Below, piece by piece: positions 9,363-20,571 of a stretch of 64,000 bases of DNA. Origin of the DNA: a virus; the IMG/VR virus record IMGVR_UViG_3300028423_000356, positions 71,503-135,502 of that record; one strand, written 5' to 3'. The notes below the pieces were generated by a model that saw only the letters and a program-made list of their open reading frames with translations, was not told the origin of the DNA and made no database searches. Position 1 is the stretch's first letter. The number at the start of each line of letters is the position of its first letter. The translations under genes were made by a program, and so were the position numbers.

Positions 9363-10579
9363 TGAAATCTATTCAATATATGGGAAGTAAAAAATATCTA
9401 TTATATTTTATAGAATATTGTATATGTAATTATATTGGAATACCATATTTTTCTAATGAAAAAGATATTTTGAACTACATTGAAGATAAAAATATTGAAG
9501 TGGATTCATACAGAAATGATTCTATGTCTATTAGTTCTTTTTTCGAAATGAGTAATGTATCTTTTTTTGATGTTTTTAGTGGTAGTGGTGTAGTTGCAAA
9601 TCATTTTAGTGATTATTGTAAAGTTATTACAAATGATAAACAGGAATTTACTGATATTGTAATAAAATCATATATGATTAACACTAAATCTGAAGAATAC
9701 TATAAACCATTTATTTCTGAATTGAATAAATTAGATGAGGATTATTATCAAAAAACAGACAAGTGGTATACTAAAAATTATGGCAGTGATGATATAACAC
9801 CAGTTAGAAAAGATGGTAGTCGTGCCATATGGCAATATAAAAACTCTAAGAAAATTGATGCAATTCGTCACAAAATATCCGAATGGAAAAATAATAATGT
9901 TATAAATGATATAGAAGAATGTGTGTTGTTATTTTATGTGATAATGTCTGTAAATAAGATATCAAACACATTGGGTCATCAAAATGGTTATTTAAAAGAA
10001 TGGTCTGAAAAATCTTATAAAGATTTGATAATAGAAACATTTCCCTTAAAAACTAATCACAATTATAAACACGAATCATTCATAGGTGATATCTTTGATA
10101 ACCTAAGTAATATCAATTCTCTTGGTATCGATATTGCATATATTGATCCACCTTACGGAACAGATAATAAAAGACTTAAAGTTGCAACAAGGTATTCATC
10201 CTTTTATCATTTATGGAATACATTAGTAACTAATGATAGACCTAAGTTGTTTGGTAAGGCAAATAAACCATTAAAAACAAAAGGTTTCACAGAACCATTA
10301 GAAAAAAATGTTATCGAAACTGTAAAACCTAAATTTAAAGAATTAGTTTCTAATATTGATTGTAAATTAGTTGTCATATCATACTCAAATAAAGGGTTAA
10401 TGAAAAAAGAAGATTTTAATGACATCTTAACAGAGTGTGGTTATAAGGACATAGTTTTCTATTCAACAAACCATAAAGTTAACGTTCAATCAAAATCTGC
10501 TAAAAAAGATGGTAAATATATTAACAGAGAAAAAACTGAACCACTGAAAGAATTAATAATTATAGCAAACAAAATATAA
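9362..10579 (+). CDS. N6-adenine DNA methyltransferase (D12/FokI-like)
   Basis: QYMGSK, DVFSGSGVV SAM motif, YIDPPY, SYS. Confidence 0.85.
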   Translation: MKSIQYMGSKKYLLYFIEYCICNYIGIPYFSNEKDILNYIEDKNIEVDSYRNDSMSISSFFEMSNVSFFDVFSGSGVVANHFSDYCKVITNDKQEFTDIVIKSYMINTKSEEYYKPFISELNKLDEDYYQKTDKWYTKNYGSDDITPVRKDGSRAIWQYKNSKKIDAIRHKISEWKNNNVINDIEECVLLFYVIMSVNKISNTLGHQNGYLKEWSEKSYKDLIIETFPLKTNHNYKHESFIGDIFDNLSNINSLGIDIAYIDPPYGTDNKRLKVATRYSSFYHLWNTLVTNDRPKLFGKANKPLKTKGFTEPLEKNVIETVKPKFKELVSNIDCKLVVISYSNKGLMKKEDFNDILTECGYKDIVFYSTNHKVNVQSKSAKKDGKYINREKTEPLKELIIIANKI

Positions 10580-10584
10580 AAAAT

Positions 10585-11043
10585 ATGGGGTATATTATGA
10601 GGTTAGATGACGTGTTAAATGAATGGGAAATTGATTCTCAAATTGATAAAAGTGATTTGACTGAAGCATCAAGAGAAACACCTAAATTACATGCTAAGTA
10701 TTTAAAAGTCTTATCACAAACAAAATTAAGATTAAAACAATCTGAAATGGACCAAAAGTCTCTATTGAAAAATAAATGGTTGTATTACAATGGTAAAATG
10801 ACTAAGGAACAAATGGATGAACTTGGATGGTCTTATGAGGATCCTTTAAATGGATTAAAAGTTTTAAAAGGTGATATGGACTATTACTATGATTCTGACA
10901 AAGAAATTCAAGAGTCCGAATTAAAAATACAATATTATAAAAATATGGTAGAAACTCTTCAAGAAATAGTTGATAATTTAAAATGGAGACACCAAACAAT
11001 TAAAAATATGATTGAGTGGAAAAAGTTTGAAACTGGATATTAA
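10585..11043 (+). CDS. uvsY: recombination mediator
   Basis: PKLHAKYL, KWLYYNGK, RHQTIKNMIEWKKF. Confidence 0.9.
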   Translation: MGYIMRLDDVLNEWEIDSQIDKSDLTEASRETPKLHAKYLKVLSQTKLRLKQSEMDQKSLLKNKWLYYNGKMTKEQMDELGWSYEDPLNGLKVLKGDMDYYYDSDKEIQESELKIQYYKNMVETLQEIVDNLKWRHQTIKNMIEWKKFETGY

Positions 11044-11071
11044 TATTTTTAACACATATAAATAATTCCAT

Positions 11072-12589
11072 ATGACAAAAAAATATGGAAAAAATATGTG
11101 TGATATTAAAGTATATTTAAAAGATTATTCTATGTTATACGTAGATTGTGAACCAGGTATAGGTGCTGAATTAAGTGATTATTTTAGTTTCTATGTTCCT
11201 GGATATAAATTTATGCCCGCATACAAAAATAAGGTGTGGGATGGAAAAATACGTCTATTTAATAGAATGACGGGTGAACTTAATGCTGGTTTATTTGTAT
11301 ATCTTTTGAAATATGCTAAATCTCGTAGTTATAAATTAGAACAAGTTAAAACTGAATATGGTTACCCTATTGTAAATGAACAAATTGATACAGAAGACTT
11401 TAATGAATTCTTATATGAATTAAATTTACCATTTATGCCTTATGAATATCAGTATAATTCTATTATAAGGGGTATTAATCAAAATAGAGCAATATTACTT
11501 TCACCAACAGGTTCAGGTAAATCTTTTATAATATATCTTTTATCACAATATTACTTAAGAAGAATAAAGGAACACAACGAAAAAGTTTTAATTGTTGTTC
11601 CAACAACATCTTTAGTTGAACAATTATCTTCTGACTTTATTAATGATTATAAAATGAATGATTATGATGAAAAGGTTCATAAAATTTATTCTGGTAAAGA
11701 TAAAAATACAGATAAAGATATAGTTATTTCAACTTGGCAATCGATATATAAATTAGGTCCTAAGTGGTTTAAACAATTTGGTATGGTTATTGGTGATGAG
11801 TGTCATGGTTTTAAATCAAAATCTTTATCATCAATAATGAATAAATCAAATGAAGCAAAATATAGATTCGGATTAACAGGAACATTAGATGGAACACAAA
11901 CCCACCAATTAGTTTTGGAAGGTTTGTTTGGTCCAGTATATGAAGTAACGAGAACAAAGGACTTACAGGAAGAAGGGACATTAGCACCTTTAGATATTAA
12001 AATTCCAGTTCTACAATATTCAAAAGAATTGAAAGATGAACTGAAAGGTTCTACCTATCAAAATGAAATAGATTTTTTATGTAAAAATGATAAACGTAAT
12101 AACTTTATTGCCAATCTAGCAGAATCAATGAATGGTAACACACTTGTCTTGTATAATTTTGTAGAAAAACATGGTAAACCTTTATATGACCTTATAAATA
12201 GTAAAGTAAAGGAAGGTAGAAAAGTCTTTTTTGTATCAGGTGATGTTAATGTTGATGATAGAGAAACAATACGAAAAATAGTTGAAAAACAAAAAGATGC
12301 CATTGTGGTTGCTTCCTTAGGAACATTTAGTACGGGTATCAACATCAAAAATCTTCACAATATTATTTTTGCTTCACCATCTAAATCACAGATTAAAGTT
12401 TTACAATCCATTGGTCGTGGTTTGAGACAATCGGAAAATGGGGCAACTACTGTTTTATATGATATAGTTGATGATTTATCAATGGGTAAACATAAAAACT
12501 TTGCTTTAAAACACTCTGTGGAGAGGATTAAGATATACGAAAAACAAGAATTTAAATATAAAATGATAAAGGTTGACTTATATGAATAA
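11072..12589 (+). CDS. uvsW: SF2 DNA helicase
   Basis: SPTGSGKS, DECH, TGT, QSIGRGLR; late promoter at 11057. Confidence 0.95.
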   Translation: MTKKYGKNMCDIKVYLKDYSMLYVDCEPGIGAELSDYFSFYVPGYKFMPAYKNKVWDGKIRLFNRMTGELNAGLFVYLLKYAKSRSYKLEQVKTEYGYPIVNEQIDTEDFNEFLYELNLPFMPYEYQYNSIIRGINQNRAILLSPTGSGKSFIIYLLSQYYLRRIKEHNEKVLIVVPTTSLVEQLSSDFINDYKMNDYDEKVHKIYSGKDKNTDKDIVISTWQSIYKLGPKWFKQFGMVIGDECHGFKSKSLSSIMNKSNEAKYRFGLTGTLDGTQTHQLVLEGLFGPVYEVTRTKDLQEEGTLAPLDIKIPVLQYSKELKDELKGSTYQNEIDFLCKNDKRNNFIANLAESMNGNTLVLYNFVEKHGKPLYDLINSKVKEGRKVFFVSGDVNVDDRETIRKIVEKQKDAIVVASLGTFSTGINIKNLHNIIFASPSKSQIKVLQSIGRGLRQSENGATTVLYDIVDDLSMGKHKNFALKHSVERIKIYEKQEFKYKMIKVDLYE

Positions 12590-13004
12590 TAAAATTGTTT
12601 ACTTAACACAACTAAAACTTGTGACTGGTGAGGAGATTATATGTGAAATAGTAAAAAGAAACTATTTAAAAAATGAGATATGTATTAAATCTGCTATGTG
12701 TCTTATAAAGAAAGTGAACGAAGAAGGATTTCCATATTACGTATTTGTTCCATTTATGGTTCATCAATGTTCTAAAAATTCAATTGTTCATTTGAAAAGA
12801 AATGCTATTATATCCCAATCAAGTCCAACAAAAATTATGATGGAAACATATAAAAGATATGTTTTTCAAGAGTATCAACAATCTGAATTACGTGAAGCAA
12901 TGACAGATGATATAATAGAACAGATTAAAAATACTGTTGATAAAAAAAATAATGATAAATATGATTTAGAAAATTATGACTTTGGAAATCAGAAAAAAAA
13001 TTAA
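12573..13004 (+). CDS. conserved T4-like hypothetical (Sm-like N-terminus)
   Basis: LKLVTGEEIICE; usual position between uvsW and gp55. Confidence 0.55.
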   Translation: MTYMNNKIVYLTQLKLVTGEEIICEIVKRNYLKNEICIKSAMCLIKKVNEEGFPYYVFVPFMVHQCSKNSIVHLKRNAIISQSSPTKIMMETYKRYVFQEYQQSELREAMTDDIIEQIKNTVDKKNNDKYDLENYDFGNQKKN

Positions 13005-13075
13005 ATTCATCAAAATGCCTTGAATATCGATTCAAATAACACTATAATACAGTGTATAATATTAAAGGAGAAACG

Positions 13076-13264
13076 ATGTACACTTTGAATGAATTTGCAC
13101 ATATGGTATCTTTATCACTAGATAAATCTTTAGATAGATACAAACAAATACATAAAATAAAACAAATAATAAATAAAACTTCACAAAAATCACTATCAAA
13201 TGATAGAGATACAATTGATGAAATTTTAAATATTCTTTATGAAAAATATAACTTTAGGGGTTGA
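13076..13264 (+). CDS. hypothetical protein
   Basis: aaggag RBS before ATG 13076. Confidence 0.5.
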   Translation: MYTLNEFAHMVSLSLDKSLDRYKQIHKIKQIINKTSQKSLSNDRDTIDEILNILYEKYNFRG

Positions 13265-13288
13265 CAAATGGTATTTTTCAGCCTATAT
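13261..13288 (+). promoter_or_regulatory. sigma70-type promoter
   Basis: TTGAC-N17-CTATAT upstream of gp55. Confidence 0.75.
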
Positions 13289-13321
13289 TATTAATACGAT
13301 ATATACACAAGGAATTTTATA

Positions 13322-13942
13322 ATGGGTAGAAAATCTAATAGAGCAGAAATACATTACGTTAATAACAAACAATTTTCACAAGCTGTTATGGATTATGTTA
13401 TAGAATGTAACAAATGTAAGGAAGATGGTAAAGAAATACCAGTAGTTACAAATTATATTGCGGATTGTTTTCTAAGAATTGCTGAAGGTCTTTCACATAG
13501 ACCGAATTTTATTAGATACACATATCGTGAAGAAATGGTTATGGACGCAGTAGAAAATTGTTTAAAGGCGATTAAAAACTATAACATAGAAGCAGCAACA
13601 AGAACTGGAAATCCAAATGCTTTTGCATATTTTACACAAATTACACACTTTGCTTTTTTAAGAAGAATTGAGAAAGAAAAGAAACAAGCAGATGTGAAAG
13701 ATAGGTATCTTTCCCAAGCAGGTATTGAATCATTTATTTCAACAACAGACACAACTGACAATAACGTAGTTCAACATTTTGTAGATGAATTGAGAGATAG
13801 AATTGATAAAGTTAAAGAAAGAGATGAAGAAGTAAAAGAATATGTAAAAGAAGAAAAAAAGGTTAATAAATCCAATAAAAACAAAAAAAAGAAAAAGATT
13901 TTAACTAATAGTGATTCTGATTTAGATGATTTTATTAGTTGA
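13322..13942 (+). CDS. gp55: late transcription sigma factor
   Basis: HYVNNKQF, IAEGLSHRPNF, EMVMDAVENC, NAFAYFTQI. Confidence 0.95.
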   Translation: MGRKSNRAEIHYVNNKQFSQAVMDYVIECNKCKEDGKEIPVVTNYIADCFLRIAEGLSHRPNFIRYTYREEMVMDAVENCLKAIKNYNIEAATRTGNPNAFAYFTQITHFAFLRRIEKEKKQADVKDRYLSQAGIESFISTTDTTDNNVVQHFVDELRDRIDKVKERDEEVKEYVKEEKKVNKSNKNKKKKKILTNSDSDLDDFIS

Positions 13943-13956
13943 TAATGAGGTGAATA

Positions 13957-15018
13957 ATGAAAATTGCAATAATTAATGATACACATTGTGGTATACGTAA
14001 TTCTTCTGATATTTTTATAGATAATGCTGAAGAGTTTTACGAAAAAATATTTTTTCCTTATTTAAAAGAAAATAATATTAAACATATATTACATCTTGGT
14101 GATTATTTTGATAATAGAAAGTATATAAACTTTAAAGCACTTAACCGTAACAGACATCACTTCTTAAATGTTTTGAGGAGTGAAAATATCACTATGGATA
14201 TTATATGTGGTAATCATGATACATTTTATAAGAATACTAATGATTTGAATAGTTTGAAAGAATTATTGGGACATTATATGAATGAAGTTAATATTATTCA
14301 TAAACCCACTGTTATGGAATATGGTTCATTGAAAATGGGGTTAATCCCTTGGATAAATAAAGAAAATGAAGAAGAGTCTATGAACTTCATAAAGAAAGCG
14401 AAATGTACTCATATAGGTGGACATTTTGATATAACAGGTTCATTGATGATGAAAGGTGTTACTTGTGACCATGGGTTAGATCCTGAAATCTTTAAAAGAT
14501 ATGAAATGGTATTGTCAGGTCATTTTCATACTAAATCAACAAATAACAACATTTATTATTTGGGTTCACAATTTGAATTTTATTGGAATGATGCACACGA
14601 TAATAAATACTTTCATATTTTAGACACAGAAACTGGTGAATTAGAAGAAGTTAGAAACACTATAACACTATTTCATAAAATATATTATGATGATTCTAAA
14701 AATAATTATTTGGAGTATGACTTATCACAATTAGATAACAAATTTGTTAAAATACAAGTTATTAATAAAAGTGACCAGTTTACTTTTGATAGATTTGTTG
14801 ATTTAGTTCAATCAAGAAGTATTTTAGAACTTAAAATAGCAGAAAACTTTCAAGAGTTTATTGGAGAAAATGTGGGTGATTCAGATATATCGGTTGAAGA
14901 CACATCAGATTTGTTGAATACATATATTGAATCAGTTGATACACCTTTAGATAAGGAACGTATTAAAAAACAAATGAATGAATTAATGATTGAAGCTCAA
15001 AGTGTGGAAATATTATGA
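13957..15018 (+). CDS. gp47: recombination endonuclease (Mre11-like)
   Basis: DTH, GDYFD, GNHD, SGHFH phosphoesterase motifs. Confidence 0.95.
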   Translation: MKIAIINDTHCGIRNSSDIFIDNAEEFYEKIFFPYLKENNIKHILHLGDYFDNRKYINFKALNRNRHHFLNVLRSENITMDIICGNHDTFYKNTNDLNSLKELLGHYMNEVNIIHKPTVMEYGSLKMGLIPWINKENEEESMNFIKKAKCTHIGGHFDITGSLMMKGVTCDHGLDPEIFKRYEMVLSGHFHTKSTNNNIYYLGSQFEFYWNDAHDNKYFHILDTETGELEEVRNTITLFHKIYYDDSKNNYLEYDLSQLDNKFVKIQVINKSDQFTFDRFVDLVQSRSILELKIAENFQEFIGENVGDSDISVEDTSDLLNTYIESVDTPLDKERIKKQMNELMIEAQSVEIL

Positions 15019-16727
15019 TTAAATTTACAAAATTAAGATACAAAAACTTTTTAAGTTCTGGAAACAGTTTTACTGAAATAGATTTCTCAAAATCACCCAC
15101 TACTTTAGTTGTGGGACATAACGGTTCAGGTAAATCAACTTTATTGGATGCTATTGCCTTTGGATTATTTGGAAAGGCGTATCGTTCAATAAGTAAAAAT
15201 CAATTGGTTAATAGTATAAACAAAAAAGATACTGTTGTTGAAATATCATTTAGCGTTTCAGGTTCTGATTATACGGTTAGACGTGGTATAAAACCAAATA
15301 TATTTGAAATATATCGTAACGGTGAAATGATGAATCAATCATCACATTCTAAAGAATATCAAAAAATACTTGAACAGAATATCCTTAAATTAAACCATAA
15401 AAGTTTTCATCAAATAGTGGTGTTGGGTTCATCTTCTTTCATACCATTTATGCAGTTGAATAACAATCATAGAAGAGAAGTTATTGAAGATCTTTTAGAC
15501 ATAAATGTTTTTTCTAAAATGAATAATATAATGAAAGAAAAACAAAGTATGTTGAAAGAAGATATAAAAGAATTGAATAATAATATATCTCTATATGATA
15601 CTAAGATAATGAGTCAGAAAAAGTATATTAATGACATTAAATCTATAAATGCTACTGAAAAGGATAAAAAATATTCACTTATTGAAGAATATAATATAGA
15701 AATAGAGAAATTACAAAATAGAAATATAGAACTAAGTGAGTATATTAGAAATAATCAACCAGATGTTGAAAAAAATAAAGAGATTAAGGAAAAGAGACTA
15801 AAAGATTTAAATAACTTTAAGACTAAATTTAATAGTGATGTTAAAAGAGTTGTTAAAGATGTTGAATTCTTTAATAAGAATGAATCTTGTCCTTCTTGTA
15901 AACAAAATATATCTGAAGACTTGAGAGATAATAAGATAAATGAATATAAAGATAAATCTAAAGAACTCAAAAAAGCAATAGACGATGTTGAAGTCGAAAT
16001 AAACAAAACTGATGTTGATTTGAAAGAGATATTATTAAATATTGAAGAGATACGTAAATGTCAAAATGAAATCAATACAAATAATGTTTCAATAAAACAA
16101 TATCAAGATTCTATTGATAGGACACAACAAGATATTGATAAGTTATCTGAAGCGACGGACTTAAATTCATCCATTGAAGAACTTGAAGAATTAGAAAACA
16201 ACAAAGATTCTATGACAGAGAAGAAGTTAACTTTAAATGAACAATTCAATTATAATATGGTTATTGGTGAAATGTTAAAAGACACTGGTATAAAAACTAA
16301 AATAGTAAAACAATATATACCTGTAATTAACAATTTTGTTAACAATTATTTACAAACTTTAGATTTCTTTGTTCAGTTTCATTTGGATGAGAATTTTCAA
16401 GAGACTATTAAATCAAGATATAGAGATACATTTTCATATGCATCTTTTTCTGAAGGTGAAAAACAAAGAATAGATTTGGCGTTATTATTCACTTGGAGAC
16501 ATATTGCAAAAATGAAAAATTCAGTTGCAACTAATCTTCTTATATTAGATGAGACATTTGATTCATCGTTAGATGATGAAGGTATAGATAATCTATTGAA
16601 AATAGTTCAATCTCTTGGGGATGATACTAATGTCTTTATAATATCACATAAAGGTGATATATTAGACAATAAGTTTACAAGTAAGATTGAATTTTACAAA
16701 GATAAAAACTTCTCAAAAATGAGATAA
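15015..16727 (+). CDS. gp46: recombination ATPase (Rad50-like)
   Basis: GHNGSGKST, CPSC hook, FSEGEK, LILDE. Confidence 0.95.
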   Translation: MIKFTKLRYKNFLSSGNSFTEIDFSKSPTTLVVGHNGSGKSTLLDAIAFGLFGKAYRSISKNQLVNSINKKDTVVEISFSVSGSDYTVRRGIKPNIFEIYRNGEMMNQSSHSKEYQKILEQNILKLNHKSFHQIVVLGSSSFIPFMQLNNNHRREVIEDLLDINVFSKMNNIMKEKQSMLKEDIKELNNNISLYDTKIMSQKKYINDIKSINATEKDKKYSLIEEYNIEIEKLQNRNIELSEYIRNNQPDVEKNKEIKEKRLKDLNNFKTKFNSDVKRVVKDVEFFNKNESCPSCKQNISEDLRDNKINEYKDKSKELKKAIDDVEVEINKTDVDLKEILLNIEEIRKCQNEINTNNVSIKQYQDSIDRTQQDIDKLSEATDLNSSIEELEELENNKDSMTEKKLTLNEQFNYNMVIGEMLKDTGIKTKIVKQYIPVINNFVNNYLQTLDFFVQFHLDENFQETIKSRYRDTFSYASFSEGEKQRIDLALLFTWRHIAKMKNSVATNLLILDETFDSSLDDEGIDNLLKIVQSLGDDTNVFIISHKGDILDNKFTSKIEFYKDKNFSKMR

Positions 16728-16743
16728 ATTTTTACATTTACTA

Positions 16744-16771
16744 TTGACAATAGTAATGTGACATACTATAT
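16744..16771 (+). promoter_or_regulatory. sigma70-type promoter
   Basis: TTGAC-N17-CTATAT. Confidence 0.75.
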
Positions 16772-16802
16772 TAATATTATAAACTTAATTATGAGGTAAA
16801 TT

Positions 16803-17465
16803 ATGGAATTAAATAACACAGTTTTAAATATATTAAAGAACTTTGCTAGTATAAATTCAAGCATTGTTTTTAATGAGGGTAATGAAATTAAAACAATTTC
16901 AGAAGCAAGAAATATACTTGCATCTGCTCAAATTGAGCAAGAATTCCCACAACAGTTTGGTATATATGACTTAAATGAGTTTTTAAGTGTATTGAGTTTG
17001 GTTGATAGACCAAGACTTAAATTTGAAGAAAACTATTTATTGATAGGTGATCAATCAGGTCGTTCTAAGATTAAATACTTTTTTACAGATGTTGATATGT
17101 TAGTAAACCCACCATCAAGTATGAATATGCCTGAACCTGATTTAACATTTGAATTATCAAGTGAAACAATGGGAAAAATTAAAAAGGCTGCATCAGCTCT
17201 AGGTCATAGTGATTTAGTTATAAGACCAGGTATTTCATTATCAGTGTGTGACATTGAAAATAACACATCAAACACCTTTTCTATTGATATTGATGGTGAA
17301 TCATCTATTGATAATTTCACTGCAGTTATATCAATTGAAAACCTTAAACTAATTTCTTCAAACTATACAGTGGAGATATCATCTAAAAATATTGCAAAGT
17401 TTACAGACAATGATAATAATCTTGTTTACTACATAGCATTAGAAAAAACATCAATATGGAGTTAA
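16803..17465 (+). CDS. gp45: sliding clamp
   Basis: ILKNFASIN, FGIYDLNEFL, YYIALE. Confidence 0.93.
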   Translation: MELNNTVLNILKNFASINSSIVFNEGNEIKTISEARNILASAQIEQEFPQQFGIYDLNEFLSVLSLVDRPRLKFEENYLLIGDQSGRSKIKYFFTDVDMLVNPPSSMNMPEPDLTFELSSETMGKIKKAASALGHSDLVIRPGISLSVCDIENNTSNTFSIDIDGESSIDNFTAVISIENLKLISSNYTVEISSKNIAKFTDNDNNLVYYIALEKTSIWS

Positions 17466-17468
17466 ATT

Positions 17469-17735
17469 ATGAATAAAGAATTTTTAGACACATCAAATAA
17501 AGTATTTCGTCAAACAATTATGATTATAGATGCACTCACACAAAGAGGATCATTTAAAGGTGAAGAGTTATCAACTATTGGTAATCTTAGAGACGCTTGT
17601 AATCAGTTATCTCAAGCAATTGATAATTATGAAGCAGAAGTTGCATCACAAGTATCAGACGAACAATTAAGTGAACTAGAAAGTGAGAATATTACAGAAA
17701 ATGTAAAGGGTAATACTTCTTCATCACTATCTTAA
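17469..17735 (+). CDS. hypothetical protein
   Basis: IDALTQRGSFKGEEL motif; follows gp45. Confidence 0.6.
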   Translation: MNKEFLDTSNKVFRQTIMIIDALTQRGSFKGEELSTIGNLRDACNQLSQAIDNYEAEVASQVSDEQLSELESENITENVKGNTSSSLS

Positions 17736-17750
17736 TTGATATAACATTAA

Positions 17751-17780
17751 ATAGAATAGTGGGAAAACCTACTATTCTAT
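17751..17780 (+). terminator. hairpin / probable terminator
   Basis: atagaatagt...actattctat inverted repeat; weak T tail. Confidence 0.5.
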
Positions 17781-17848
17781 TATAACAACTATTGATTTTA
17801 TACAAAATAAAGACTATATTATAATTATATTATGAAAAGGAACACAAT

Positions 17849-18784
17849 ATGAGTAATGACTTTCTATGGGTTGAAAAATACAGACCTACCAAAGTTGAAG
17901 AAACAATTTTACCAAAAAGATTGAAATCTGTATTCACAAAAATGATTAAGGATGGTGAAATACCAAACATGATGTTTTCTGGTTCCGCTGGAACAGGTAA
18001 AACCACTGTCGCTAAAGCATTATGTAATGAATTACAATTGGATTATATAGTAATAAATGCTTCCGAATCAGGAAACATTGACACTCTTAGAGGTAAGATA
18101 AAACAGTTTGCTTCATCTGTTTCTTTGTCAGGTGGTATTAAAGTTGTTATACTTGATGAGGCTGATTATCTAAATCCCCAATCAACACAACCAGCATTAC
18201 GTGGGTTTATAGAAGAATTTGCCAACAATTGTAGATTTATTATGACCTGTAACTTTAAAAATAGGATAATAGAACCACTTCATTCAAGATGTTCAGTATA
18301 TGATTTTTCTTTAACTAAGAAAGAGAAGGCTGAAATGGCAGCTGAATTCTTTAAAAGATTCACTAAAATATTGGATAATGAGGAAGTTGAATACAATCAA
18401 CAAAGTATTGTCAATCTCGTTATGAAACACGCACCAGATTGGAGACGTGTTTTAAATGAAGGTCAAAGACTCTCTAACGGTGAACACGGTATACATGATT
18501 CTGATTCAGGTTTTATAACTAATTTTGACACATTATCAAAATCATTAAAGGAAAAGAACTTTAAAGATATGCGTTCTTGGGTTGCTCAAAATGTTGATTT
18601 GGATGCAACTGCTATATTCCGTGGGATATATGATAATATGAATAAATATGTTCAACCTAATTCTATTCCACAATTAGTTCTAATACTTGCTGATTATCAA
18701 TACAAAGATGTATTTGTTGCAGACAAAGAACTAAACACGGTGGCTTGTTTAACAGAAATTATGGCACAAATACAATTTAAGTGA
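17849..18784 (+). CDS. gp44: clamp loader large subunit
   Basis: WVEKYRP, GTGKTT, ILDEAD, SRC. Confidence 0.95.
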   Translation: MSNDFLWVEKYRPTKVEETILPKRLKSVFTKMIKDGEIPNMMFSGSAGTGKTTVAKALCNELQLDYIVINASESGNIDTLRGKIKQFASSVSLSGGIKVVILDEADYLNPQSTQPALRGFIEEFANNCRFIMTCNFKNRIIEPLHSRCSVYDFSLTKKEKAEMAAEFFKRFTKILDNEEVEYNQQSIVNLVMKHAPDWRRVLNEGQRLSNGEHGIHDSDSGFITNFDTLSKSLKEKNFKDMRSWVAQNVDLDATAIFRGIYDNMNKYVQPNSIPQLVLILADYQYKDVFVADKELNTVACLTEIMAQIQFK

Positions 18785-18792
18785 GGTTATAG

Positions 18793-19398
18793 ATGAAAAA
18801 TGAATGTTTAATATATGATTTTGAAACACTCGGTGAATCAAAAAATTGTGCTGTAGTTTGTTTGGCAATGTATAAGTTTAGTGAAGAAAACTATATAAAA
18901 AATCCATATAACTTTAAAGATGTTGTTAGTGATACTATTATGGTGAAATTCAATATTGAAGAACAAGTTGAAAAATATAATAGAGTTATTGAAAAAGGAA
19001 CATTAGAATGGTGGGGTAAATTACCAAAAGATGTAAAAAAACTTTTAAACCCAAATTATGATGATATCAGTATAAGTTGGTTATGGGATATTGTATCTAA
19101 TTACATTTCGGATATGGATATTAAAAAAGTTTATACGAGAGGTAATGCTTATGATCCAATTATAATGGAAAATATATTTTATCAAACTGGATATGGTGTC
19201 CCTTACCCTTGGTGGTGTATTAGGGATACTCGTTCTACATTAGACGGTTTATTGTGGAATACTGGAATTAAAAATACATTTATTGTTGAAGAATGTAAAG
19301 ATGAATTTATTCCACACAATCCTAAACATGATATTGCAATGGATGTTATGAGAATACAAAAGGTTGTTCAAGAATTATATGGAGATAGTTATGACTAA
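18793..19398 (+). CDS. dexA: 3'-5' exonuclease (DexA-like)
   Basis: DFETLG, RGNAYD, RDTRS, HNPKHD DEDDh-type motifs. Confidence 0.75.
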   Translation: MKNECLIYDFETLGESKNCAVVCLAMYKFSEENYIKNPYNFKDVVSDTIMVKFNIEEQVEKYNRVIEKGTLEWWGKLPKDVKKLLNPNYDDISISWLWDIVSNYISDMDIKKVYTRGNAYDPIIMENIFYQTGYGVPYPWWCIRDTRSTLDGLLWNTGIKNTFIVEECKDEFIPHNPKHDIAMDVMRIQKVVQELYGDSYD

Positions 19399-19777
19399 AT
19401 ATACTCCCTTCGATTTTTTAAAAGATATAAACTATGATAAGAAAAACCTAATAGTTGATGATATTACTGAAAAACAATATAATAGTTTTATGATTAATCG
19501 TGCTCTATCGTATTTTAGAGACACAGTTGAATGCGCAAATTTAATAAACCAATATAGTCATTTAGATAATAAATTGCAAAATGATTTTCTTATAAATATT
19601 ATAAGAAGACGGAAGAGATTCTCCAAGTGGGAAAAACAGAAGTTGGATAATGATATTGAAGTTGTGAAAGAATATTATGGCTATAGTAATGATAAGGCTA
19701 AACAAATTCTGGATCTGCTTTCTGAAGAACAAATAAAAACAATAAAGAAGAAGGTTGATAAAGGTGGAAGAAGATAA
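19391..19777 (+). CDS. gp62: clamp loader small subunit
   Basis: PFDFL, YNSFMINRALS, RKRFSKW, VKEYYGYS. Confidence 0.92.
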   Translation: MTKYTPFDFLKDINYDKKNLIVDDITEKQYNSFMINRALSYFRDTVECANLINQYSHLDNKLQNDFLINIIRRRKRFSKWEKQKLDNDIEVVKEYYGYSNDKAKQILDLLSEEQIKTIKKKVDKGGRR

Positions 19778-20171
19778 TATAATAAAATGGTCTCCAGAAA
19801 CTATGTTAGAAATAAGATTAAATGAACCTGATGATTTCTTGAAGGTTCGTGAAACTCTAACACGTATTGGTGTAGCTTCTCGTAAAGACAATAAATTATT
19901 TCAATCTTGTCATATTTTACATAAACAGGGTAGATATTTTATTGTTCATTTTAAAGAGTTATTTTTACTTGATGGTAAAAAGTCAAATTTGGAAATGAAT
20001 GATGTTGCAAGACGTAACACTATTGCTACGTTATTAAGTGATTGGGGTTTATTTGATATTGTTTCTAGTAACGTATCTCCAACTGCGGAGATTAGACAAA
20101 TAAAAATTATACCATTTAAAGAAAAGAAAAATTGGGAATTAATACCTAAATATAACATAGGTAATAATTAA
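19755..20171 (+). CDS. regA: translational repressor
   Basis: PDDFLKVRETLTRIG, QSCHILHKQG.YFIVHFKELF. Confidence 0.95.
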   Translation: MIKVEEDNIIKWSPETMLEIRLNEPDDFLKVRETLTRIGVASRKDNKLFQSCHILHKQGRYFIVHFKELFLLDGKKSNLEMNDVARRNTIATLLSDWGLFDIVSSNVSPTAEIRQIKIIPFKEKKNWELIPKYNIGNN

Positions 20172-20207
20172 TAATAAAAACTTTATGGGCATATTTTGCC
20201 CATAATA

Positions 20208-20282
20208 GGGGACATAGTGCTAATGGGAACACGCTGCCTTTGCACGGCAGAGTTCGGGGTTCGACTCCCCGTGTCTCCACCA
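20208..20282 (+). tRNA. tRNA-Ala(TGC)
   Basis: cloverleaf, ctgcc-tttgcac-ggcag, G3-U70, CCA. Confidence 0.92.
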
Positions 20283-20283
20283 T

Positions 20284-20359
<76 letters not shown>

Positions 20360-20361
20360 AA

Positions 20362-20436
20362 GGTCTGTTAGTGAAGGGGTTATCACGCTTGACTGTCTAT
20401 CAGGAATCACGGGTTCGAATCCCGTACAGACCGCCA
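20362..20436 (+). tRNA. tRNA-Asp(GTC)
   Basis: cttga-ctgtcta-tcagg, TTCGAA, CCA. Confidence 0.9.
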
Positions 20437-20466
20437 ATTACGTAAAAAAATAATTTAATATTCTAT

Positions 20467-20543
20467 ACTCCCGTAGCTCAACTGGATAGAGTGTCTGACT
20501 ACGAATCAGAAGGTTGTGGGTTCAAGTCCTACCGGGAGTGCCA
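20467..20543 (+). tRNA. tRNA-Arg(ACG)
   Basis: tctga-ctacgaa-tcaga, CCA. Confidence 0.92.
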
Positions 20544-20571
20544 TTCCATATAAATAATAAAAAAATGTATT